From Bacteroidales bacterium (lineage in GTDB: Bacteria > Bacteroidota > Bacteroidia > Bacteroidales > UBA10428), in the NCBI GenBank assembly GCA_035913795.1, contig JAMIIA010000188.1, positions 6,042-70,041 on the forward strand: a DNA stretch of 64,000 bases, given 5' to 3'. The notes under the pieces were generated by a model, which was not told the DNA's origin, searched no databases, and saw only the letters and a program-made list of their open reading frames with translations. Positions 26,430-35,475 of the stretch are shown here, one piece after another. Both the position numbers and the translations under genes were made by a program. Positions within the stretch are counted from its first letter, which is position 1; each line of letters starts with the position of its first letter.

Positions 26430-27820
26430 TAATTTTGATGTAAAAGTTCAGAAGTAATTTGAAGTGCAAGACTTTTTCCCTGCTTAATCCTGTCGGCCAT
26501 GCCAATTCCATCTCGAATATTTCCGGCAAGCAGAAGGCCTGAATAGCGTTTCTCGAGGAGTTGTATGCACCTTAATCTTTCTTCGCTCGAAGCCTGATAC
26601 TGAGGGATGGCATTGGGGTATCTGAATATTTTAAGAATTTCTGGTAATATATTGTTTTTAAGCATTCTATTGATATTTACCAAAACAAGTTCTTCCAGTT
26701 CCTCGTCTGACATTTCAAAGGCACTTGGTAAACGGGTACCTCCAACAAATACCGATAAAAGGGCTCCTTCTTTGGGCGCGCGATTTTTAAACAAGGTAGA
26801 GGGGAAAAGAATTCCTAAAATATTTTTTTTCTCTTCCGAAGGAATAAGTCCGCCAAAGGCATTAAGCGGCAGTCCAAACCATTCTTTGTATCCGAGTACT
26901 ACTTGCACCACAGCTGCATATTCGAGGCTGGTAATGGGCTCCAGAATGCTTTGTTCGATTTCTGGTAATAAGTCGCGAAGGGTATAGGCGCCAGTTGTAG
27001 TCACCACAAAACGACTTTGAATACTGTGCCTTGTGCTACCAAGGGTATAAGAGGTCTGAAAACCGCTATGAAGTGAAACGATTGATGTCGATGCAGCATT
27101 GTAAATGATGTTCTCGGTACCAATTGCCTTTTCGAGTGCCAGTAGCATTTGCGTGAACCCGCCTTGTACCGAAAACACCTCGCGCGTAGCTTTTCTTAAA
27201 CGAATGTCTTTTTTATTTTCAATCGATTTCTTGATTCCGCCTCGAATTAGGCTTCCATATGACTGCTCCAGGTTATAAAGCTTGGGTAAGGCATATTTGG
27301 TAACAAGCTTATTCGGATCGCCGGCATAAATGCCTGCAATGAAAGGGTCTATGGCATAATCGAGAAAAGACTTTCCAAGTCTTCTTTTTGTCAATTCAGC
27401 CACACTTTCCATCGGATTGCTGCACCTTTTCCGAAAGGGCTCACCCAAAATGCGTAATTTGTCTTTCAGAGTAAACAAAGGAGTACCAACAGCTGAAAAG
27501 AGTCCGGCTGGAAGAGCATGCCATTTTCCGCGCTTCCAAATCAATCGGCTCTTGGCTTTGGAATTGGCCGTTTCTAATTGACAAACAGGGTAGAGGTCTT
27601 CGAAGAGTTCTGCCACTTCAGGATTGCCCAATACTCCGGTATTGGGTCCCTTTTCGAAGGTAAACCCGTTTTCTGTGATGGTTTGAATCACTCCTCCCGC
27701 AAGGCTCTCTTTTTCAAGAATGACAAAATCAACACCTTGTTTTTTAAGGTAATACGCGAGTGTTAATCCGCTTAATCCGGCACCAATTATTACTATTTTT
27801 CTTTCTTCAATCTGGTTCAT
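26429..27820 (-). CDS. hemY: FAD-dependent protoporphyrinogen oxidase (HemY type; often labelled hemG in automated annotation)
   Basis: N-terminal dinucleotide fold IVIIGAGLSGLTLAYYLKKQG...ILEKE. Length 463 aa. It sits between hemN and hemF in the operon. Confidence 0.85.
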   Translation of the reverse strand: MNQIEERKIVIIGAGLSGLTLAYYLKKQGVDFVILEKESLAGGVIQTITENGFTFEKGPNTGVLGNPEVAELFEDLYPVCQLETANSKAKSRLIWKRGKWHALPAGLFSAVGTPLFTLKDKLRILGEPFRKRCSNPMESVAELTKRRLGKSFLDYAIDPFIAGIYAGDPNKLVTKYALPKLYNLEQSYGSLIRGGIKKSIENKKDIRLRKATREVFSVQGGFTQMLLALEKAIGTENIIYNAASTSIVSLHSGFQTSYTLGSTRHSIQSRFVVTTTGAYTLRDLLPEIEQSILEPITSLEYAAVVQVVLGYKEWFGLPLNAFGGLIPSEEKKNILGILFPSTLFKNRAPKEGALLSVFVGGTRLPSAFEMSDEELEELVLVNINRMLKNNILPEILKIFRYPNAIPQYQASSEERLRCIQLLEKRYSGLLLAGNIRDGIGMADRIKQGKSLALQITSELLHQN

Positions 27821-27829
27821 GTGTGGGAA

Positions 27830-29206
27830 CTATATAGCCTTTGAAAAGGTTTTCTCATTTTTTGTCATCAGGGGATCAAAGCTGGCGGCAACATTGCGCA
27901 GAAAGGCTAATCCGTTTTCTTTCATACTCACCATTTCTGTGTCGAATTCAATAATTCCTTCCTGCTGGAATTCAACCAGTTTGTCCTGATCGTATACAAT
28001 GCATTCAAATAAATTGCTTTTGTGTATTCCCAATTGTGTTGAAACCTCTTGCCAATTAATTGTTTTGTTGCACATGAATTGGTTTATTATTTCACGTATA
28101 ATAAGCTCTTTTTCATTTAGTTGATATGTCTTTTCTAAAGGTATAATCTGATTATTTAGTTTGGAAATATAGGTAGGCAGGTGTTTCGTATTTTGTGCGT
28201 AAAAATGACTTAACTGGCTGATGGCCGAAACGCCAAAAGCATAAACCTGTCCAGTGGTTTCGCGGGTGCAATATCCCTGAAAATTTCTGTGCAGATTGCC
28301 TTTTTGTTGGGCTTTAAACAATTCGTCCGTTTCGAGCACATAATGATCCATACCAATGGGTTTGTATCCATTCTCTGACAATAGGTTATAGGCAGCCTCA
28401 GTCATGTCGATTTTTTCTTTCCCGGAAGGAAGTCCGGCTGCTTCTAATTTCAATTGGGCCTTATTCACCCAGGGCACATGAGCATAGGAGAATGTAACAA
28501 GCCTGTCGGGTTTATGCTCCAAGGCCTGGTGCATGGTGTTTAAAAAACTCTCTTTCGTTTGGTGCGGCAGCCCATAGATAAAATCGAGGTTTACGGCCAC
28601 ATTTTTACCTGCTCTTAGGGCTGTTATCAGTTCATGCAAGGGCATTTTAGAAGGCTGCCTGTTTACTGCCTTCAGCACCTGTAGATTAAAATCTTGTATT
28701 CCAAGGCTAAATCGATTGAAACCAGCCACATGCAATCCTTTAATATAGTCGTGAGTTAAAGATGCAGGGTGACATTCAATGGCAATCTCTGCCGAGGGTG
28801 CAAAGTTAAGTTGATTGAAGAGGAAACTATTTAGTTCGATGAGCCACGTAGCAGGAATGGCATTTGGCGTACCTCCTCCGTAATGCAGTTGTGTCACCAC
28901 CCGGTTTTTATCGAGCAGGGGTAATACCAAAGCCATTTCTTTTTTAAGGGCCGAGAGGTATTCTTCCACTGCAGTGGTCGTGCTCATTGGAATTGAATTA
29001 CACCCACAATAGAAACACAGGCTGTTGCAAAAGGGAATATGAATATAAATCGAAATGTTTTTAGGTTCTTTCTGGTTCGATTTCTTTACAATTTCCAGAA
29101 ACGAGTCATTGTCGACCTGATTGGTAAAAAAATTGGCAGGCGGATAACTGGTGTACCTCGGAACTGCCTGGTTGTATTTTTCAATGAGTGTACGGTCAAT
29201 TTTCAT
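27830..29206 (-). CDS. hemN: Oxygen-independent coproporphyrinogen III oxidase (radical SAM)
   Basis: YIHIPFCNSLCFYCGCN (CxxxCxxC), N-terminal RYTSYPPA, and GGGTPN. Confidence 0.9.
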   Translation of the reverse strand: MKIDRTLIEKYNQAVPRYTSYPPANFFTNQVDNDSFLEIVKKSNQKEPKNISIYIHIPFCNSLCFYCGCNSIPMSTTTAVEEYLSALKKEMALVLPLLDKNRVVTQLHYGGGTPNAIPATWLIELNSFLFNQLNFAPSAEIAIECHPASLTHDYIKGLHVAGFNRFSLGIQDFNLQVLKAVNRQPSKMPLHELITALRAGKNVAVNLDFIYGLPHQTKESFLNTMHQALEHKPDRLVTFSYAHVPWVNKAQLKLEAAGLPSGKEKIDMTEAAYNLLSENGYKPIGMDHYVLETDELFKAQQKGNLHRNFQGYCTRETTGQVYAFGVSAISQLSHFYAQNTKHLPTYISKLNNQIIPLEKTYQLNEKELIIREIINQFMCNKTINWQEVSTQLGIHKSNLFECIVYDQDKLVEFQQEGIIEFDTEMVSMKENGLAFLRNVAASFDPLMTKNEKTFSKAI

Positions 29207-29227
29207 TTTAATTTCTGAGCAAGGAAG

Positions 29228-30277
29228 TTAGCGTTGCCACGGGGCATTTTTCAGCCAGTCGGCCATAAAACGGGCATTTTCGTATGATATACCTGGCATA
29301 AAACCGTGTCCTAAATTAAAAATCCAATTCTGATTTTTACGTCCGAAGGCCAGGTAACCTTCAAGGGTTTTTTCAATTTGATCCTTGCTGCCATATAGAG
29401 CTCTTGGGTCGAGGTTGCCCTGCAACCCGATAGCCGGATGCACCATTTCACGTGCCATTTCGATGGGTGTATGCCAGTCGATGCTGACAAAATCGCAATG
29501 GTCTGGAGTTAAATCGCGAATGCCAACGCCAAATCCCTTTGGAAAAAATATGAAGGGCACATTCTGCTCTCTCACTACTTTCGAAATTTTTAATACCGAA
29601 GGCATAATTAGTTCATAGTAAAGATCGAGGGGTAAAAGCCCGGCATGGCTCTCGAAGAGCTGAAAAACCTCCACACCATGTTTTATTTGTTCGCGGATAT
29701 ACACTATCGATAATTCGGTAATGGCTTCTACAAGTTTTTGTGTGGTATTTTTGTTTTCATAGATATATTTGATTGCATCCGGAAACTCGGCCTTTCGGCT
29801 TAAGCCCTGTAGCATATAAAGCAATACAGTTAAAGGTGCTCCGCAGAACCCAATTAGCGGTATATCAGAAGGTTTAGTGCGAATTACCTCATCGATGGCT
29901 TTATAGATATACTGTAACTTTTCTGCATCGGGTTGTAATTTGCTTAGGGGATCGGCATAAATCGAAAGAGGTGTATCGAACTGCGGGCCGTGGTCGGAAA
30001 AATCGAGTCCCATGCCCATGGCATAGGGAATAACCAGAATATCTGAAAATAAAATGGCCGCATCGACACCCAGGTCCTCAATCGGCAAAAGAGTAACCTG
30101 AGCTGCAATTTCGGGCGATTGCATCATTTGCCAAAAACTGTACTTTTCTTTTATTGCCAGGTATGAGGGCAGCACCCTTCCGGCTTGCCTCATAAACCAA
30201 AATGGTGGTCGACTGGTAGCTTCTCCTGCAAGGGTTTTTAATAAAACGGGTTTCAAATTCTGATTGGTTGCCGGCAT
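29228..30277 (-). CDS. hemE: Uroporphyrinogen decarboxylase
   Basis: RPPFWFMRQAGRVLPSY signature, DAAILFSDILV, and length 349 aa. Confidence 0.95.
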   Translation of the reverse strand: MPATNQNLKPVLLKTLAGEATSRPPFWFMRQAGRVLPSYLAIKEKYSFWQMMQSPEIAAQVTLLPIEDLGVDAAILFSDILVIPYAMGMGLDFSDHGPQFDTPLSIYADPLSKLQPDAEKLQYIYKAIDEVIRTKPSDIPLIGFCGAPLTVLLYMLQGLSRKAEFPDAIKYIYENKNTTQKLVEAITELSIVYIREQIKHGVEVFQLFESHAGLLPLDLYYELIMPSVLKISKVVREQNVPFIFFPKGFGVGIRDLTPDHCDFVSIDWHTPIEMAREMVHPAIGLQGNLDPRALYGSKDQIEKTLEGYLAFGRKNQNWIFNLGHGFMPGISYENARFMADWLKNAPWQR

Positions 30278-30291
30278 GTGTCGGGTTAGAT

Positions 30292-31590
30292 TTACTTTTT
30301 TATTTGCTGAATGGCTGTATAAGCCGCTTCGATGGTTTTCTCAATATCCTCTTTGCTGTGTGCGGCTGAAATAAATGCAGCCTCATATTGCGAGGGAGCT
30401 AAGTAAATACCAGCCTCAAGACTTGCATGGAAAAATGAGGAATATTGTTTGGTATTGCATGTCATTACTTCTTTAAAGCTTTTAACTTGTTTATTTGCGG
30501 TGAAGAACAAGGTAAACATTGAGCCCACACGGTTAACAACACCCGGAAAGCTTAATTGTTTGAGGGTAGTGAGAAGACCTTTTTCCAACTCTGCCGACTT
30601 TGCTTCGAGATTATGGTAGAAATATTCATCCTTGTCAAGAATTTTTAAGGTGGCAAGGCCTGCTGCCATAGCCATTGGATTTCCGGAGAGTGTTCCGGCC
30701 TGGTAAACAGGCCCAAGGGGAGCCAGTTTTTCCATTATTTCCTTTTTCCCTCCGTAGGCACCAACGGGAAGCCCACCTCCTATAATTTTTCCAAAAGTGC
30801 TCAGATCCGGTTTTATTCCCAACAATTCCTGTGCTCCGCCTTTGGCCAGGCGAAATCCGGTCATTACTTCATCGAAAATTAGCAACGCACCGTATTGAGT
30901 GCACAATTGGCGCAGGCTTTGGATAAACTCCATTTCGGGAATGACTACTCCCATGTTACCCGTTACTGGTTCAAGAATCACCCCGGCAATTTGTTCGCCG
31001 TGCTTTAAAAACAATTGTCTGATGCTTTCGGTATCGTTGTAAACGGCCAATAAGGTATCTTGCGCTGTGCCTTGCGTAACTCCGGGCGAATTGGGTGTTC
31101 CAAGGGTGAGGGCTCCCGATCCGGCTTTAATTAGAAAACTGTCGCCATGGCCATGGTAACATCCTTCGAATTTTATTATTTTATTTCGTCCGGTGAACCC
31201 GCGAGCCAGCCTGATGGCCGACATGGTAGCTTCGGTACCCGAATTGACCATACGGACTAACTCAATTGAAGGCACCATTTTTTTTATTAAGACAGCAAGT
31301 TCGGTTTCGAGCAGAGTGGGAGCACCAAAACTGGTGCCCGTTTCGAGTGTACTTTTGAGGGCATCCATTACCTGTGGGTGCCGATGCCCAAGTATCATTG
31401 GTCCCCATGAACCAACATAGTCGATGTACTGGTTGCCGTCTACATCGTCGAGGTAGGCACCGTTGCCACGTTGGAAGAAAACAGGATTTCCGCCTACACC
31501 TTTAAAAGCCCTTACGGGCGAATTTACGCCACCGGGAATGTGCTGTATGGCCTGCTGAAATGCTTCGATGCTTTTTTTACGATTTAACAT
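30292..31590 (-). CDS. hemL: Glutamate-1-semialdehyde 2,1-aminomutase
   Basis: [19 protein letters not shown] and PLP-lysine context [11 protein letters not shown]. Confidence 0.95.
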   Translation of the reverse strand: MLNRKKSIEAFQQAIQHIPGGVNSPVRAFKGVGGNPVFFQRGNGAYLDDVDGNQYIDYVGSWGPMILGHRHPQVMDALKSTLETGTSFGAPTLLETELAVLIKKMVPSIELVRMVNSGTEATMSAIRLARGFTGRNKIIKFEGCYHGHGDSFLIKAGSGALTLGTPNSPGVTQGTAQDTLLAVYNDTESIRQLFLKHGEQIAGVILEPVTGNMGVVIPEMEFIQSLRQLCTQYGALLIFDEVMTGFRLAKGGAQELLGIKPDLSTFGKIIGGGLPVGAYGGKKEIMEKLAPLGPVYQAGTLSGNPMAMAAGLATLKILDKDEYFYHNLEAKSAELEKGLLTTLKQLSFPGVVNRVGSMFTLFFTANKQVKSFKEVMTCNTKQYSSFFHASLEAGIYLAPSQYEAAFISAAHSKEDIEKTIEAAYTAIQQIKK

Positions 31591-31644
31591 CTTGTGTGGT
31601 TTAGGGTTTTCTAATGAAGGTTTAAAAGTGATACAAGAGGCTCT

Positions 31645-32616
31645 CTAATCGAGTATTCCGGCCAGTTCCTGCGTATGGTACGATAAGATAATGGAGGCAC
31701 CTGCTCTTTTTATGGAAGTAAGAATTTCGAGTGCGATGCGTTGCTCGTCGATCCATCCGTTGGCAGCTGCTGCCTTCACCATACTAAATTCGCCGCTGAC
31801 GTTATAGGCTGCCAGAGGAATATTGTAGTTGAGTTTTACCTCTTTAATGACATCAAGGTAACTAAGTGCTGGTTTCACCATAACAATATCGGCACCTTCC
31901 ATGATATCGAGCTCAATTTCCCGAAGGGCTTCCTGACCATTGGCAGGGTCCATCTGGTAGGTCTTTCTGTCGCCAAATTTCGGGGCACTTTCTGCCGCAT
32001 CGCGAAAAGGACCATAAAAGGCCGAAGCAAATTTGGCAGAATAGGCCATAATGGGTATACTTTCAAATCCATTTGTGTCGAGAGCCTGGCGGATAAAACC
32101 TACACGACCGTCCATCATGTCGCTGGGGGCTACCATGTCGGCACCCGCCTCAGAGAGGGAGATGGCTTGTTTGGCCAGTGTATGCAGGGTGGTATCGTTG
32201 TCCACATCGCCATTGATAATGGTACCGCAATGCCCATGAGTGGTATACTCGCAGTTGCAGATGTCGGCGATTACGTATAAATCCGGTACCTCACGCTTGA
32301 TGGCACGAATAGCTTGTTGCACGATGCTATTATGAGAACAAGCTACTTCGCCGGTTTCGTCTTTGGTTTCCGGTATACCGAAAAGCAATACCGATTTGAC
32401 CCCTTTTTGATAAAGCGAGGCACAGTTTTCGGTGAGCTTATCGACTGATTGCTGATAATTGCCTGGCATAGAACGTATTTCGTTACGTATACCTTCTCCT
32501 GGGCGCACAAATAAGGGCATAACCAGGTCGTTCATACTTAAGCGGGTTTCACGCACCATATCACGGATTACTGCATTTTTGCGCAGGCGCCGCATGCGAA
32601 GTTGTGGGTATTGCAT
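31645..32616 (-). CDS. hemB: Porphobilinogen synthase (Zn-type)
   Basis: RMRRLR...RETRL, cysteine-rich metal site DICNCEYTTHGHCG, and active-site lysine context VMVKPALSYLD. Confidence 0.95.
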   Translation of the reverse strand: MQYPQLRMRRLRKNAVIRDMVRETRLSMNDLVMPLFVRPGEGIRNEIRSMPGNYQQSVDKLTENCASLYQKGVKSVLLFGIPETKDETGEVACSHNSIVQQAIRAIKREVPDLYVIADICNCEYTTHGHCGTIINGDVDNDTTLHTLAKQAISLSEAGADMVAPSDMMDGRVGFIRQALDTNGFESIPIMAYSAKFASAFYGPFRDAAESAPKFGDRKTYQMDPANGQEALREIELDIMEGADIVMVKPALSYLDVIKEVKLNYNIPLAAYNVSGEFSMVKAAAANGWIDEQRIALEILTSIKRAGASIILSYHTQELAGILD

Positions 32617-32626
32617 ACTCTACTAT

Positions 32627-33556
32627 TTAGGTTGTTCGTATTTGTTTCATTATTTCATTTCCACCGCGGTTTTTCAGATCCATGGCCAGCTGATAACCAA
32701 GCTCCAGGGCTTTATCGTGTGTACCTTCGACCATACCTGAGAGGTATTTTTCTGCGCCAGGAGAAGCGATAAATGCTTTTAGCTGAATGGTTTGTTTACC
32801 AATTATGCTATAGCAACCTGCCGGAATTTGGCAGCCACCCTCCAGGTTTTGCAGAAAGGAACGTTCGGCCAGCACTGCAAGCATAGTTTTAGGGTGGTTG
32901 ATGGCTTGTAGCAGCTCATTGGTTTCAGGATCGTCAATGCGGCATTCGATGGCAATGGCACCCTGAGCCACAGCTGGTAAAAATCTATCCGGATCAATAA
33001 GTTCGGTGATGTGATTTTCGAACCCCAGTCTTTGCAAGCCAGCAGCAGCCATAATCATCCCGTCGCAATAGCCATTGTGCATTTTTTCCAGGCGGGTGTT
33101 GACATTTCCGCGGATATCGGTTACCCGAATCAAAGGATTGAGATGTTTCAGACTGGCAATGCGCCTGAGGCTTGAGGTGGCAATCAGGTCTTCTTGGTTG
33201 AGCTGGTGCAATTTCTTGCCCTTCCGGTGAACCAGGGCATCGCGTATTTCGCCTCGCTGTAGAACAGCACCCAGTTGCAATCCATCTGGAAGAGTGGTTG
33301 GAAGGTCTTTCAGGCTGTGCACAGCTATATCGATGCTATTATCGAGCAAGGCCAATTCAATTTCGCGGGTAAAAAGACCTTTATCACCAATTTTCGAAAG
33401 TGCAGTGTCGAGAATTATATCACCTTTGGTTTTTATTATTTGCAGCTCTACATGCAGGTTTTGGAAACTTAGTTCAATTGAATTTTTCACAGTTTCGGCC
33501 TGATACAAGGCTAACTTACTACCCCGGGTTCCGATGCGAAAGGTTTGTTTCTTCAT
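32627..33556 (-). CDS. hemC: Hydroxymethylbilane synthase
   Basis: FRIGTRGSKLALYQAE and cofactor cysteine context LEGGCQIPAG. I chose the start at MKKQTF (cat at 33554-33556), which avoids overlap with hemA. Upstream in-frame ATGs at 33580 and 33592 are possible. At about 310 aa it has no fused HemD domain. Confidence 0.9.
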   Translation of the reverse strand: MKKQTFRIGTRGSKLALYQAETVKNSIELSFQNLHVELQIIKTKGDIILDTALSKIGDKGLFTREIELALLDNSIDIAVHSLKDLPTTLPDGLQLGAVLQRGEIRDALVHRKGKKLHQLNQEDLIATSSLRRIASLKHLNPLIRVTDIRGNVNTRLEKMHNGYCDGMIMAAAGLQRLGFENHITELIDPDRFLPAVAQGAIAIECRIDDPETNELLQAINHPKTMLAVLAERSFLQNLEGGCQIPAGCYSIIGKQTIQLKAFIASPGAEKYLSGMVEGTHDKALELGYQLAMDLKNRGGNEIMKQIRTT

Positions 33557-33566
33557 AGTGGTTAAA

Positions 33567-34832
33567 TCACTGGCTAACATCGGTTTTGTCATTCAGGTCG
33601 AACTCGAACAGGTGATTGATAATATTTAATGAATGGGCTGCATTGCCATTTTCATTCAATTCTTTAAGCTTTTTTATGAGGGTACGAATGTATTTCTGAG
33701 TGAGCCTGCCCGCGTATTCGTCGATAACTTTCAGGGTATCTGGGTCGTAGCAGCGCCGATAACCTTCTATCTCGAGCTCATGCATTTTTTGCATGTTTTC
33801 GGTTATGGCTTTTATTACCGGACGAAGCGCGCGGTTGTCGAACCAGGTAAAAAATTCACCGCTCATCTGGTCAATAATCATCTCGGCATCTTTCCGACTT
33901 TCGTAACGCAGGTTGGTAGTGTTTTTTAGGTCGTCCTGAAGGTTGTCGATGGTAATAAGCCTGACATTCGGCATTTCACCCACGTTGGGGTGAATGTTGC
34001 GGGGAACCGCTAAATCGATAAAAATCTGTTCGCGTTTAGAATGGATATCGTTTTTGTCGAATAGCACATGGCCGGCACCAGTGGCAGTAATAATAATGTC
34101 GTAATCGTTCAGGTGTTTTTTAATGTCGGAGAAATCTACGGCAAAGCCATTGTTTTTTTCGGCAAACATTGCGGCCGATTCATAGGTGCGGTTGGCAAAC
34201 AGAAAATTCGTAGCGCCTTGTTTTTTCATTTTCTCCAGCACAAGCCTACTGGTTTTTCCGGTACCAACGATAAATATCTTTTTATCTTTCAGGTTGTTGT
34301 GGAGTAACTGCATGCATTTCTCCACAGCCACAAAGCTAATGGACGAGGCGCCACGCTGGATATTGGTTTCGGAACGCACCTTTTTCGCAGTCTCGAAATT
34401 TTTTTGAAACAGTCGCATGAGCACTGCATCGGTAAATGCCAGGTTGGTGCTCAGCAAGTAAGCCTCTTTTACCTGATTTACAATTTGATCTTCGCCGAGC
34501 ACCATGCTGTCGAGACCAGAGCTAACCGAAAAAAGGTGGTTTACCGCATCGATGTTGGAGTGGGTATAGAAATACTCTGAATAATCTTCTGCAATGCCTT
34601 TATACTGATGCAGCAGTTCGCGCAGCATCTTGTCGGTTCTTTTGATACAGGCTTTCTGATGGTAATAATAGATTTCGGTACGGTTGCAGGTCGAGAGAAT
34701 TACCGTTTCGGTAATTTCAGTTTTCTGAAGTATAAGCTCTCCAAATTCTGCCACCTGCATGGTGGGAATGGAAAACTTTTCGCGTATATCGATTGTTGCG
34801 GTTTTATGGTTGATGCCAAGAACACCTATCAT
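33567..34832 (-). CDS. hemA: Glutamyl-tRNA reductase
   Basis: LSTCNRTEIY active-site motif, NADPH fold IFIVGTGKTSRL, and length 421 aa. Confidence 0.95.
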   Translation of the reverse strand: MIGVLGINHKTATIDIREKFSIPTMQVAEFGELILQKTEITETVILSTCNRTEIYYYHQKACIKRTDKMLRELLHQYKGIAEDYSEYFYTHSNIDAVNHLFSVSSGLDSMVLGEDQIVNQVKEAYLLSTNLAFTDAVLMRLFQKNFETAKKVRSETNIQRGASSISFVAVEKCMQLLHNNLKDKKIFIVGTGKTSRLVLEKMKKQGATNFLFANRTYESAAMFAEKNNGFAVDFSDIKKHLNDYDIIITATGAGHVLFDKNDIHSKREQIFIDLAVPRNIHPNVGEMPNVRLITIDNLQDDLKNTTNLRYESRKDAEMIIDQMSGEFFTWFDNRALRPVIKAITENMQKMHELEIEGYRRCYDPDTLKVIDEYAGRLTQKYIRTLIKKLKELNENGNAAHSLNIINHLFEFDLNDKTDVSQ

Positions 34833-35475
34833 GAATTCTGTCTGTTATGTGATCATAAAAAATGCTAAAAAGTTCAACCATGTATGGCTAAACCCAGAAG
34901 AAAGCAGAAAGCTTTCAGGCTAAGAAAAAATAGGAGGAGGCCGCAGAAACGGCAATGCAGAACTATGAAGCAATACCAGAAAATCACCTTTACCAGGCGG
35001 ACTTAGGCTGATTAAAGACCTGTAAACAAAGGGTATAACTGGCGAAGTTGTATTGGTGGTAAAAAATGACTGATTATTCAGATGAAAAATAGAGGCAACT
35101 TTTTCGGTATGGTTGGATGGAATCTCTTTAAGCCGAATTTCTTTTTGCTGGCAAGCTTCGTTTTCAGCTTTCATTGCATGGCGAGAGTAGGTTACAGTTG
35201 TAAAACTGGCCAAAGTGGTTATTGCCAGAATAAAGAATGGAAGAAACTGCGAAAACTGTCCGAAGCTAAACATGTACCGGAATTGTTATTTCATCTCAAA
35301 ACTAATCATTTAAACAGAATGAATCAAACATTTAGGTAAGTAGTAGGTAGAAAGATGAATAGAGTTTGTTTAAATAACACAATATTAATGGATTAAAAAT
35401 TTCGTTTCGTTATGAATAATAGTTAAATTAGAATGAGTAAATCAATATCCGAAGGATAGCTTTTTTTTGAAACCA

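Noticed and set aside
31741-32280. 179-aa plus-strand ORF inside hemB
   Set aside because: It lies antisense to a gene with unambiguous PBGS motifs. It has no recognisable motifs and looks like a typical shadow ORF.
34920-35273. 117-aa minus-strand ORF upstream of hemA
   Set aside because: Its composition is low-complexity (FSFGQFSQFLPFF..., ...LPFLRPPPIFS). It has no recognisable domain and overlaps an equally poor plus-strand ORF. It is kept only as part of the unexplained-gap finding and could still be a real hypothetical gene.
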